From NCBI GenBank assembly GCA_013265495.1, contig MU058423.1, positions 6,844,447-6,864,446 of the forward strand: a stretch of 20,000 bases of DNA. The letters run 5' to 3'. The notes under the pieces were generated by a model. It saw only the letters and a program-made list of their open reading frames with translations, was not told the origin of the DNA and searched no databases. Position numbers and translations under genes: made by a program. Source of the DNA: Vicugna vicugna (Eukaryota). Position 1 is the first letter of the stretch. Each line of letters opens with the position of its first letter. Positions 1 through 11,317 of this stretch are shown here, piece by piece.

Positions 1-67
1 ATTAGCAGTGAATGTGTGGAAAATTATGTGGGGTTTAGTTTAATTTTAAGACATTTTCTCTCCCCAG

Positions 68-130
68 TAGAAAAAATGGTGCCAGTTAAAGGCTTTTTCC
101 CCACAAGGGATTGTTATGTGTTTAATGAAA
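68..130 (+). pseudogene. Putative pseudo-exon (EKMVPVKGFFPTRDCYVFNE)
   Basis: Acceptor ttttctctccccAG ending at 67 and donor GTAGGT at 131. 63 nt, open, phase 1-1, and joins in frame to 564. Confidence 0.5.
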
Positions 131-563
131 GTAGGTATAGCGCATATACTTTTTAAATCATAATGCCACGCACCCATCCCTAAGCTTCTTATACGCCACC
201 AACCCTACCTTTAGTAATCACTGAAATAATTAAACTTAAGCACTCATTAAATTTTCACTTTGTTCTTCTTCACTTCTGTTTCTACTTGAAAAAAAAAATT
301 CCTCATTATTACTATCCCTCTAAACTTCAGTATAGGCCTTAGGTCTAAGTTTTCCAGAACATACACAAGTGCACATTGGGAAAATTTTCCTATCTGTGAT
401 CATTCTGTGGTGCAACAGTCATATTGCTTCAACTCTTTTTTCTCCAAACTACTACCATTAGTTCACTGCTTTCTTTTTGTTACTCACCTCCTTGGTCCAA
501 TTAGGGGAACTTTATGCCAAGATCAAGATATTTTTCTACTTTGATAAATTTTTATTACTTTAG

Positions 564-631
564 ATTTATGTGAGCATGACATTCATTTGCACTCTCTTGA
601 TTGTTCCCTTTAGATCAAAGTGTGGTAACAG
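564..631 (+). pseudogene. Putative pseudo-exon (LCEHDIHLHSLDCS/frameshift/RSKCGN)
   Basis: Acceptor tttttattactttAG at 563 and strong donor CAG|GTAAGA at 632. End phase fits the long frame beginning at 5107. Confidence 0.55.
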
Positions 632-929
632 GTAAGAGGACCCTGTTTCTGGGGGTTGACAAGCACAGAATGAACTAAAAATATGCTTGTTGTATTGTCA
701 TTATTCATCACACAAAAATGACAATGACAAAAATTACATGCAGTGTAACAATGCATTTAAACAGGTTTTAAGACATTTTTCTAGAAAAGAAAAAGTCCAT
801 AAAATATTAATTATATAGAATCTAGATAATAGAATCTGGAAGCCCTTAACATTGAATTTAGGGATGCAGGAGGGTAGAAACAGGCAGGTTCAAATTTTAT
901 TCTAGTCACTTGCTAGCCCTCCAGTATTC

Positions 930-1470
930 GTGCAGTGGCCCTCATGTTAACTGGACATCGACTTCACCTCTTCCCTTTTTCCTGGCAAAGCGCCTAACTT
1001 TATTTTGGTCTTTTATCTCTCTTTCACTCTCTTCCCACATGTTTGGATTGGGCCCCATCCCTGACTCAGAGTTGAAGAAGCAAACTTGGCCAAAGTTAAC
1101 TATTGTATCCATTGCTTCAGATCCCAAAGCTTGAGACATGATCAGGGCAAGTAAAGAGCAGTGAGCCTTCTCTGGGAATTACTAGAGCAGCGGTGGTGCT
1201 CTGTCACCAGGCTTTACTGGGCAGATCCCAGGCTACGCGCTGTAGCAGCTACCTCATTATCACCTACAGGCTGAAACTGAAGTCCACTTAGAGAAACTAT
1301 TGCTGAGAAAAGGTGTGACAGTGAGTCCTGATAACATTGTTTATGCCCTATGTTCACCTGTGCCAGTGAAAGGCATTATTTCTAGAATTTTCAGTTATAT
1401 AAACAAATTGCTTTTTCGCTTAAGCCATTTGGGGTTTTGATGCTTGTACAAAATAATTTTCACTGGCTCA
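930..1470 (+). mobile_element. MaLR LTR (old MLT1, J/K-like)
   Basis: Typical MLT1 3' half (gagtcctgataacattgttt...ttttcagttatat...gcttaagccatttggggtttt). 5' boundary approximate. Confidence 0.7.
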
Positions 1471-2110
1471 GATTTTGATATTAGAATGTGGTAATGTTAG
1501 AAGTGAGAATTTCTCAAAGTTTGAAAGTGGAGAAGTAGAAATAATGTATCCAGTGATGAGGTGCCCTGTATACTAGGCCAGGAGACTGTCAATTCTTATT
1601 CTTGGTAGTTAAACAGCTAGTTAGAATGTTGCCTGTTGGATCACAAAATTTAGAGAATGAGCCTATTAAGGCTGCAGAATAAGAGATTTGTTAGAAAAAA
1701 ATTAGAATGCTGGAATAGGTTGGTTAAATTTTGCGCTTAATAAGGACCTATAAGAAACCAAAAAACTTAGCTAAAACTGGCCTCTCTGGAACCAGAGAAA
1801 AAAAGAAAAAAAAGTTTTTCTACAAAAGCCAATTTTGCTTAGGGCTTGCTATGTATGATGTTTGAGAAACTAGAAATCTTAGGATTTGCATGACGGAAAA
1901 ACTGCTCAAACTAACAATCAGAGACAAGGTGGCAGGCAATAATCAAGAACCTCGTGTTTTGTACTTCCTGCATCACAAGGGGACAATTGCTTCTGCAAAG
2001 CTGCAGCAGAAAAGAGATGATTATATAGGGTTTTGTCTACCCAGGCTTTCAAAGTATGCATTGAGCTTGAAAAGAGAAGATATAAATTCTAGAACTAAGG
2101 TAGCATCGTG
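1471..2110 (+). mobile_element. MaLR internal sequence (MLT1-int) directly following the LTR
   Basis: Begins gattttgatattagaatgtgg, resembling a decayed MaLR-int start. Purine-rich and collinear with MLT-int as recalled. Confidence 0.55.
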
Positions 2111-2179
2111 CTTCTCAATAAAGCCAGAGACTGAAGTTGACCTGGAGAGGCTTTGAGTTTTATCCATTTTATTTATGTG

Positions 2180-2372
2180 GGGCTTTTTATAATTTGAAGT
2201 ATCCTTAGCTGTTAAGTTTAGTCTTACAGATCCTTATTTTCCTGTATGTAAAATAGGAATGACAGTATGATTTCCAGATGAGTTTAAGGAGTAAGTTAGA
2301 CTGCACAAGTGGAGGTATCAAACACAGAGCCTGGTACATAGCTAAGACTTGATATGGGCAACAAATATTATT
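2180..2372 (+). mobile_element. MIR SINE
   Basis: Core ttttcctgtatgtaaaataggaatga and 3' acacagagcctggtacatag...tattatta. Confidence 0.75.
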
Positions 2373-2569
2373 AGGCTGGGTAGTTCAAAGCTCCAGATAA
2401 GAAAGTTTAGAAAATTTAGATACTTTAAAGTGTAATAATTTCTATAATGAATATTAAACTTGTGGAGTTCATTATTCCAAGAGATGGTACTGATGGTAAA
2501 CACTTTTTAAAAAAATAACAGACCCCTAATGAGTTATTAATGAATCTAAGATGGAACATATAATTCTGA

Positions 2570-2725
2570 GCTAGAATCACTGTTTTATTGCATTGTAAAT
2601 ATTTGTTTATATTTGTCTGTCAGCTAGACTATCCTTGCATCGTTTATGTTTAACATACTGGTTGGATCATAGTAGGCTACTAATTTATGTTTTTTGATTT
2701 TATCTATATATGAGTTATCTAATTA
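2570..2725 (+). mobile_element. L2 3' end fragment
   Basis: tttgtttatatttgtctgtcagctagacta...catagtaggctactaatttatgttt. Confidence 0.5.
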
Positions 2726-3409
2726 ATGAAAATCCTCTTCTCTTGTGACAATAGAATCATATTTGGATCATAAATCTGATCAAAGAAAATTTTGTTCAGT
2801 GTAAATGCCCACTTAAAATACTCAATAAATTTGTATATAAAAGATGGTCTTAATTCTTGATTTATGCTGGCAAAATTTTATCATATGTTCGTGTTCCCTG
2901 TCTGCCTTCCAAGGCTCTTTTATATTGACTCTCCTCGTACTGCTTCCCCAGTCCGTTGAATTATTTATAGTGTCCCCAGCCTTGGGCCCAGGCCAACTAA
3001 CTACACTAAGCAGAATTACAAATTTTTGGTGAAGGTACTTGATAAATAAGAACAGGGCTAAACCATAGAAGCAAAAATGGAAGTAATTATAAAAGGAATA
3101 AAAAAATTAAATTGAAAGAAGGCCAAACATATTCATTAAACTTAGTGGGTTGAATTTAATTTCAGAATGAAAAGTTAGGAATATATTAGAAAACAGGGCA
3201 ATATAATTTACTATATAGTATAGCTAGGTTGTTTACATATTCCATACTTTCCTGAAAGTACCAACTTTATTATTTTTCAATATAGCATACAAAAATGCAG
3301 TTTAATCTTCCTGTTTTTGTGAGATGTCTTATAAAAATCAGTGTACCCGGAAAATTTCTTTATTGGACTATATATTTCAATTTTGCATTAAAAATTGGCA
3401 TATATACAT

Positions 3410-4310
3410 AGTGTATTCAAAAATTTTTATGCTTTAGGAATTATCTTGGTTCAGAGGATATAAAGCCATTGCCTCAAGAAGCTTATAGCCAATAAGCAAA
3501 AATGGTAAGAAAGTAGATAATGATAATGCAAAATATGAAGTGTTATGATGGTACAGACAGGGAGAACAGGCATGTAAACTAAGGGAAAAAGTTAAAAGGG
3601 TTTAGAGAGTCTTCTATGCTGAGTCTTGAAAGAGAAGTTAGCTAGGTCTTGTGGAATTGGGGTTGGAATTGAAATCCAGGAAATCATTGTCTACAAAGAA
3701 TCTGCAATTTGTGAAGGACCATACTTGAAATATAGAACACTGGAGAATGGTAGATAATTTAGCATAATTGGAACCACATTAGGAGAATGATAAGCTGGAG
3801 ATACTGGCAGTGGCCAAATTATGAAGAGCCTCATATACCAGGTAAGGTTTGATCTTAATTTTAAGGTAGCCAGTATCCATTGAGTGACTCTTGCAGATGG
3901 ATGGATATGTGATCCACTTTGCCTTTTAAAAGAATTTCTCTGGGGATGGGAGAACATGTTTAAAAGGGGCAAGATGATAAGCAGGAGATAAATTAAGCAA
4001 GGGGTAGTAATCCAACCACGATATCACACTTGCCCAAACAAAATTAATGGCATTAGGATAGAAAGAAATGGATGAACTAAAACATTAAGAACATGAAATC
4101 TTCACAATTTTGTGTCCAACTGAATGTTGGTAGTGACGTACAAATTTTTAATCTCAGGAAATGACTATATGCAGTTATCACCACTGAGGCAGGAACCATA
4201 AAGAGAGATCGAAGTGTAAGATGAGTTTTATTTTTACGTATGTTAAATTTGAAGAGCCTCTGGGACATTTAAGTAGAAATGTCAGGTAAGCAACTGGTTT
4301 CACTGGAAAG
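3410..4310 (-). mobile_element. L2 LINE 3' portion
   Basis: Purine-rich L2 antisense signature; tatgttaaatttgaagagcctctgggacatttaagtagaaatgtcaggtaagcaactgg at about 4240-4298. Confidence 0.8.
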
Positions 4311-4339
4311 ATTGAGATTATCTTATTCTCCTTTTTAGG

Positions 4340-4716
4340 GGCTGGTTTAGGGAAGAATAACCAAGTTTTTATCAACTATATGCAATGATAAATGTGCTGA
4401 AGCCTTTTATGAAAGAGGCCCTTCCTTGATAAAAAGAAAGAAATTCCTATGAAGTCTTGTACCTTCTTTTCTGTCTGAACATTGATTTATAGGGACCTGA
4501 CACTTGGAACTGCAGAAAGGTTCTTTTGACCATGAGGAAAAAATAAGGAAAAATCACTAAGAAGTAGAACCAGAGCCCTGACATTACCAAGCTACTGGAT
4601 TTACCAATTCTAGAACCATCCAACTATGGACTTATTCTAAATGAGATAATAAAAACACTTATTATTTGAGCAGCTTTTCTTTTTTCGTTATTTGCAACTG
4701 AAAGATTTCTAACCTG
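4340..4716 (+). mobile_element. Old MLT1 LTR interrupting the L2
   Basis: agccctgacattaccaagctactggat...tggacttattctaaatgagataataaa...ttatttgcaactgaaagatttctaacctga. Confidence 0.65.
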
Positions 4717-4719
4717 AGG

Positions 4720-5070
4720 ATGGAAAAGTGACTTGAAGATTATTCAGTGCAGCGAGTATAGGCAACTTTTTAAAAAGCTGAATTGTGGTTAAGAGGGGGG
4801 AGATGTATTTGAGATGGAGATGGAGATTTGGCATCAAGGAAGAGTTTTTTCTTTTTAATGAGGGAGATTTAAGATTATCTAAATACTAACATTACCAGGG
4901 TAATTACAATTGAGAGAGAAATTTAAGGCAAGAGAGTACAATGTATAGAGTTGATTGAATAGGAGAAGGCTTTGGAGAAAGGAGACCTCTTTCTGATAGC
5001 AGGCAAAGTGGCGCAGGTGAACAAATGTAGTTTAACTGGCAGATAAACTTCATTGCTTTTATTCCGTTTT
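4720..5070 (-). mobile_element. L2 LINE, continuation
   Basis: gcgagtataggcaactttttaaaaag...catcaaggaagagttttttctttttaatgagggaga matches L2 antisense as recalled. Confidence 0.65.
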
Positions 5071-5106
5071 CTTAACAACTCTATTTATTTCTTTTATTTT
5101 TTTCAG

Positions 5107-5841
5107 CAACCAGAACAGAGTTTTATGTTTTGGATCATTACTAATTGAGATTACCAAGAAGTTTTCTGTTTCACTCATCAGAAGAGCACTCCCTCCAGGA
5201 AAAAAAAAAGCGTATGATGAATATGTAAATACTCAGATGAGGGAGAGCCTGTGTGTTTGGAATGAGACAGGCTGCAGCTGGTTGTGTCAGTAAATTGTCA
5301 AAATCAGATTTCTTGTGACCAGCTGGCTTATTGAAGCACATACTGTTCTGGAGAACCCAGAAGTTAAATTGGTACCAGCTGAGGAGATATATATTGCACT
5401 GAAGGCCAAACTAAATAAAAAAAGATATAAGAAAAGGACAAATTCTGAGTAGAAGAGGAAAAAAAGTAGCATACCAAAGAGTTATTTGATAGTTGTTTTT
5501 AAAGATACAACTGAAGAGGTTTGCATTTGTAGCCTCAAAGCCCAAAAAGCATTCTCTCATTACACTCTAGGGAGGAATGGAAGCGTTTCAACTGGCTACA
5601 GTAGGAACATACCAAGAAACCTCAGTCTGTTATGTACACGATTTCCATAAACTGACATTCTGCACTTAGCCCTTTCTTCACTGGATGGTACCAAGAAATG
5701 AAATCCAAGATCCATCACTGTAATTAACTTGAGTATACAATAGCTGTATTGCCTCCCCCAAAGTTACAACTGATGTTAAACTGTTACTGAATACTGAAAA
5801 GTTAGAATTGATTCTTAAAATGGAACAACAGTAGATTGAAG
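5107..5841 (+). pseudogene. Large putative pseudo-exon containing an RFX-type winged-helix-like segment
   Basis: Long pyrimidine tract plus CAG at 5106 and donor AAG|GTATGC at 5842. Frame 5108-5647 has 180 codons with only two stops (5291, 5450). Confidence 0.6.
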
Positions 5842-6325
5842 GTATGCTTTTTTATTTAGAAATACATCTCTTCTATAAGTTTCTGTACATAGAAATCCAT
5901 GCCTTTAACATTGTTTCCAGATGTACTTTTGGCAAACTTTTAATTTTTTATTTAGCTAGACCTATTTCTTAAACCATGTGAATGATTATATGTCACAGAA
6001 CAGAACCATTTTTGAGGCTGAAGGTTGAAATAGGAGATCCTAGTGATTACATATTTAAGTAATTTCTTGTTCCAGAATGATATGAGTGCTAGAATAATAA
6101 TGACCCCACCCTAGCTTAATTTCTTTACATACATGCCAAAAAAACTCAAGAATAAAATCAATCTTCCCCTGATTTATGTGTTCTGAAAGCAATGAGAAAC
6201 AGTTACTCAAATTGTACATCTTTCAAAAAGTGATTAACCAAGTAGAGAGGAAATGACAAGTGTTCAAAAAAAATCTTATTTAGCATTTGAACCAAAGCTG
6301 TAAATTATTTTCAAATTATTTTCAG

Positions 6326-6453
6326 TGTACATTTCAATGCTACAGTGAACAAAGAAGAATTTTATTTGTTCAGCTGGGAGATGTTCCTTTTGGCATGATA
6401 CCAAATTTACAAAAGCAATGAGAGAAAGTGAAAACATTTTGAACATTTTGAGT
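6326..6453 (+). pseudogene. Putative pseudo-exon (..RCSFWHDTKFTKAMRESENILNILS)
   Basis: ttattttcAG at 6325 and GTAAGA at 6454. Phase 1 start matches the end of 5107-5841; phase 0 end matches 6537. One internal stop. Confidence 0.5.
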
Positions 6454-6536
6454 GTAAGAAAGTAATATAAAACATGATACAGAGTGTTTTTCACAAGAAA
6501 TTAAATATTTCTTTTCTATATTTTTATGTTCCTGAG

Positions 6537-6612
6537 AACGCTATTCGAAGTTGCCAATTAGCTAAATATTTGAAAAGTGTTTGACTTTGTTACAAGTGAG
6601 GCACGAGTTGAG
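6537..6612 (+). pseudogene. Putative pseudo-exon (NAIRSCQLAKYLKSV*LCYK*)
   Basis: Pyrimidine tract plus GAG at 6536 and GAG|GTACTG at 6613. Carries an IRS-C...C-x-x-(C) motif. Confidence 0.45.
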
Positions 6613-6849
6613 GTACTGGTACTTATATTAGGAATGTAATTGTAAATGCCTTTCCTACCACATCTATCCTTCGTTCCCTTCCCTTTGTAATTCTATTTTT
6701 TTAACCTAAGTTACTGTAATTTTAAATAAATTGTCATTAATAAATCAGTGACATCAGGCTATAAAATAAATAAGCGAATAAAAACTTGTGAGACACATGT
6801 TGGCATTAAAATAAAACAAAAAAAGTTTTAAGAAAGTTTTAAAATTACT

Positions 6850-7230
6850 TCTTTATATATTTATTTTATAAAAGTTATAGATATTAGTGAAAAATTGCAA
6901 AATGCAGAATAAAATAGGGAAAAAATAAAGCAATATTTTTCATCATCTTATTACCCAAAGATAACCAATAGTACTGTAACTTTTTACAGCCTTTAATTTT
7001 TTGACTAGTGTTTAAAAAATTAAAATGTTTGGCATAATACTTTATATATAACTTATATCATGGCATTTCTGTAAAAGTTATACAAAAATATTACATATTA
7101 TATATATACATATATATATATATATATCTCCCTTATATTGGCTATGTAATAGTCTGCTTAGTGAACATTTAGAATGATTATAATCTTTTCACCATCATAA
7201 TATTGATGATGTTTTATAGTGATGGTACCT
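6850..7230 (-). mobile_element. Ancient L1M (L1ME-like) 3' UTR fragment
   Basis: gaaaaattgcaaaatgcagaataaaata...catcatcttattacccaaagataacca pattern. Confidence 0.5.
7099..7127. repeat. (TA)n microsatellite
   Basis: Direct reading; one C interruption. Confidence 0.9.
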
Positions 7231-7249
7231 TATTTATAATAGTTTCCTC

Positions 7250-7365
7250 AAATTAGTTAAACAAATATTTATTGAACGGCTATTGTATGCTAAGCAAAAA
7301 GTGGTAAGACATAGTCTTTACCTTGAGAGGATCATAAAAAGGTAAAGAAGACTACAAAATAAACA
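7250..7365 (-). mobile_element. L2 3' terminus fragment
   Basis: aacaaatatttattgaacggctattgtatgctaagca...aagacatagtctttaccttgag. Confidence 0.7.
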
Positions 7366-7764
7366 GAAAATTCATCGAAGATTTTTCTAGACTTCTGTGA
7401 TCCTGGGCGAAGGCATTAATGATGCCCAAAAGCACAAATTCCTATACCGTAAGAGCCACCTTTATAGAGAAGCTTGTACCAGGACAGAGGCCCACATCTT
7501 GGAGTTCACCTGTTACAGGACAAATTTTACCCTTGTGCCAAACCCTACTTTTTCTTTGATAAGAGAATAAGTTGGGTCAGTGTGAAATAGGAGAAGGCTC
7601 ATGTATTCACAATGGGCAGTATTCAGTTAAACCTTTTGAGGAGATCCTTCAAAAAGAAAGCTATGCTGGAGAAGTGAGGTTGAACTTCTACACATTTACT
7701 CCATAGCTCTGGATGCCAATGATGATCCTGTTAGACTATCTACTTTGAGGGATTTTCTTAATTG

Positions 7765-7866
7765 TAACATCTACTAGTAAAATATAAGCTCCATGAGAGC
7801 AAGAATCTCTGTACAGAAGCTTGAACAATTCCTTGCACAAAGGTTTTTGGTAAATACATGTTGACT
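7765..7866 (+). mobile_element. L2 3' terminus fragment
   Basis: aatataagctccatgagagcaagaatct...gtaaatacatgttga. Confidence 0.65.
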
Positions 7867-9488
7867 CTGTGGAAAAAAAATCAGTCCTTATTCCAATAAG
7901 CCTTTCCACACTTTCAGCCTCTGGGCTTTTGACTTATATCTCTCTTAATGTTGCCTAGAGGGCATCTACTGTAAATGGCCTAAATATAATAATGTTGTAA
8001 ACTTAGGGCTTTATATAAGCAAAGGGACATAAAATAGGTAAAAGTGTCACTTACACTATTCTCTTCCCTCATTACCCCAAATTTAAGAAATTATGTAGGA
8101 TTTTACTTTTTTTTCCTCCAAATTTCCCCAGAATAGCAGGGCATCCAAATGAATGATGATACCAGGTGTCCTGCCTACTACCTGGAAGGCTGACACCTTT
8201 GCCCAGAGGCTGTCCTTTTCTTTCCTGAGTGCCTTTCCATGCTGCTATTGAAAGGACGCCAACTCCTAGTAAGGATTTAGGCTGTTAAAGAAGTAGATTA
8301 TCAGTTAAAAGAGGGGTAGGTAAATAGAACTTTTACCTGAAAGATAATTCTGAAGTTCACTTCCAGAATTCTGTCATGTAGTTAAAGGAGTGTATTTAGG
8401 GTCTAGATTTACTGGAGACTTGAATTTTTGGGTTCTAGTTTCTTTAATGCTTGGGGTTGTTCACCTCCAAAGGTTGAGATGGACAAGGACACATTTTACA
8501 TATTACTATTTATTCAGTCTTTGTGTTGGGATATAAATATCTTATTCTTGTCACATGAGTCAATTAAACTGAAATGTAATTTATTTAGTAGATATGTTTC
8601 ATTGGTGTTATTAAATGGTGCTGGCAAGTCTTATCAGCTCTATAGTATCAGAAACCTCTAGTTTCACTATCCAGGGTATAATACAGTTAGAATCAAATGG
8701 TCTTCACCAATGCAGCTTATACTCAAGTGATTCTCTGAAGAGACCACGTTTCTCATATTTCTACATTTTCATTAATCTATATACCCTTCCCCACCTTTTC
8801 AAAACTGATAAGATATCTTTTTATCCTGTATGACTCCACTAAGTGACACATCTTTGGAAAATCCTTGTGCTAAAAGACATCTCTATCAAAACATTTATCT
8901 ATTATTGTCATAAGTAATGTCTGCTGCCTAATTAGAACACAGGTTCCTGGAAAATAAATTCCAATAGAAGATTGGTGACTAAAAACAGTTAGTCTGCAAG
9001 TTTAAAACTTGATGTTTTGAATATGTACTGATACATTAACTAGTCTAGACTTCAATTTGATCATATGTTAAAAAAAGTAGACTTTAACTTCAATATCTTA
9101 TGTGTGTGTATGATGAATCATTGGTCAAGACGAGTCAACCATTAATCTGAAATAGCAGGAGTCATGCCACAAGTTAATCTCTGAAAAAACTTTACTTTAC
9201 GTTATGTTTGGAATAGGAAAAGGAAAAAGAAATTATTTTTGTTGATTCTGTTTGTAAAGGATTGCTTCTCATTGTATTCTGCTTAGCCTTACTTTTTGGT
9301 TTTAGGGGTTTTTTTTACCCGAATTTCTTAATTTTTATCCAAACATGATCAGATGTTTCCATTTACTGTCATTAGTTAGCCCACGTCTCCTACTCTTTGA
9401 ATAGATGTCTAATTACATTATTTAATACTTGGAAAAATGTGAATGTGGTTATTGTTCTCAGAGTTCTACTTTCCTTCCTTGATTCCAG

Positions 9489-9625
9489 ACAAATCTTTTC
9501 CAATTTCTCAAAGACAGTTGTGTGGCTCTAAGAACTTATCTCTAGGGGCTTTTGTTTGGCCTGTTGCTTTACTCTATAAATATTTCCGGAAACTCATCTT
9601 CCTGACTTGACCTTAAGTTCTACAA
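9489..9625 (+). pseudogene. Putative pseudo-exon, P-transposase HTH region (LFQFLKD..AL..G..WP..YKYFRKLIFL..P.VLQ)
   Basis: Acceptor ttccttccttgattccAG at 9488. YKYFRKLIFL at 9575-9604 resembles the Y-x-Y-x-R-K-x-x-x-L-P motif of P/THAP9 transposases. The 3' end is uncertain; an alternative donor lies at 9738. Confidence 0.5.
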
Positions 9626-9915
9626 GTCTGAACCATAAAGAAAGCACATGCAGCAAAAAGCAACTGTATTTGCACAAGAACATTGAGTTGTTTAAGATGC
9701 TAACCTATTAGGGCATCTGTAAATGCCACAGCAGTTGGTAATGCTTAATTAAAGCATAAATAGTAAATAGAAGTATTGAGATTTATTTCTCATTTGAGGA
9801 AATTAGTAACTTAATAATCGTTGAATAAAATTCATGAAGAACAGCTTAATTATATTTTCTTCAGCAATAAAACAGAATAGCTTATTTAAATTTTAAAATC
9901 CCATTGAGATTTCAG

Positions 9916-10032
9916 CAGGGAGTCTATGAAACTGATGATTGTATTACCCTTTGTATAAGAGAAATTCATTCAAAGTAATTTTGCCAAGATGGGTTGATAG
10001 TGTTACTAATGGATAAAATTAATTTTAAAAAC
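9916..10032 (+). pseudogene. Putative pseudo-exon with first catalytic Asp (QGV...CQDGLIVLLMDKINFKN)
   Basis: tttcAG at 9915 and GT at 10033 (or 10044). Hydrophobic strand followed by Asp (GAT 10012-10014) resembles the L-x-x-D-E-M-x-I-K motif. One stop. Confidence 0.5.
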
Positions 10033-10501
10033 GTAGAATATAGGTAATATTGAATAAATGTTCTATTGTGAAAAAATCATATCCCCGTTTTTCTTTAAAT
10101 AACCAAAAAAAGGCAACTTTGAAAATGTTAAGTACACTAAAATTATCTTTCTAGGCTTTTATCTTCAATATTGTGTATCCATAGTTCTAAGGAAGGTTTT
10201 AAAACTATTTGTTAATTAAGTCATAGTTGGTCCGAAGGACTTTAAGTAGCACAACGTTTTCCTGAGTCCTAGAATGTTTTTCATCTTGTTATGCTTTAGA
10301 CATTTATTCTTTAAGAGTTACCTTGAAACATACTGCCTCTAAAAATGCTCTTTTGACTTCTTCAAGAAAAATCAAATACAATCTTAATTTCTAAATTTAA
10401 TCAAGCCAAAAATGTCATAAGCTAGGGATTTATAGGAACGGTCTCATATGAAAGGTGGAACAAAGATGGAAATGAAGTAAGAACATTCAGTATTATTTTT
10501 C

Positions 10502-11062
10502 TTTTTTTTTAACATTTTTTATTGATTTATAATCATTTTACAATGTTGTGTCAAATTCCAGTGTTCAGCACAATTTTTCGGTCATTCATGGACATATACA
10601 CACTCATTGTCACATTTTTTTCTCTGTGATTTATCATAACATTTTGTGTATATTTCCCTGTGCTATACAGTGTAATCTTGTTTATCTATTCTACAATTTT
10701 GAAATCCCAGTCTATCCCTTCCCACCCTCTACCCCCCTGGTAACCACAAGTCTGTATTCTCTGTCCATGAGTCTTTAGATTCCACATATGAGCGATCTCA
10801 TATGGTATTTTTCTTTCTCTTTCTGGCTTACTTCACTTAGAATGACATTCTCTAGGAGCATCCATGTTGCTGCAAATGGCGTTATGTTGTCGGTTTTTAT
10901 GGCTGAGTAGTATTCCATTGTATAAATATACCACATCTTCTTTATCCAGTCACCTATTGATGGACATTTAGGTTGTTTCCATGTTTTGGCTATTGTAAAT
11001 AGTGCTGCTATGAACATTGGAGTGCAGGTGTCATCCTGAAGTAGATTTCCTTCTGGATACAA
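10502..11062 (-). mobile_element. Young 5'-truncated L1 (camelid-type 3' UTR plus ORF2 C-terminus) with 13-bp target-site duplication
   Basis: ORF2 C-terminus DTCTPMFIAALFTIAKTWKQPKCPS...YTMEYYSAIK...LSEVSQKEK is uninterrupted. T tail at 10502. Identical AGTATTATTTTTC at 10489-10501 and 11063-11075. Confidence 0.95.
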
Positions 11063-11104
11063 AGTATTATTTTTCAATATGCTAAAATATTTTAACACTT
11101 ATTT

Positions 11105-11225
11105 GCTTTTTGAGTATGGCCAAGTCAGTTAATCTCTCTGAATTTCTATTTCTTCATCTTGATTTAGAAAAAGATAATTGTAATTTCTCCCTGGAGTTCT
11201 TGTGATGATTAAATGAGTTAATGCC
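11105..11225 (+). mobile_element. MIR SINE fragment
   Basis: ggccaagtcagttaatctctctgaatttctatttcttcatct...tgtgatgattaaatgagttaatg. Confidence 0.8.
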
Positions 11226-11317
11226 ATCTCTTGACCAGAAAAAAAAGGGATGGGATTAACTCACTTAATCATTTGATCTGATCAGAAGTTGATAAAATGT
11301 ATGGTCTGTACTCTTAC

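Noticed and set aside
614..631. 18-nt microexon (ccctttAG...CAG|GTAAGA)
   Set aside because: The upstream acceptor at 563 gives a phase-consistent, motif-bearing exon and is preferred. The microexon cannot be fully excluded.
10775..11098. 107-aa ORF as a gene
   Set aside because: It is the C-terminus of L1 ORF2 in a 5'-truncated insertion, with its start codon in flanking DNA.
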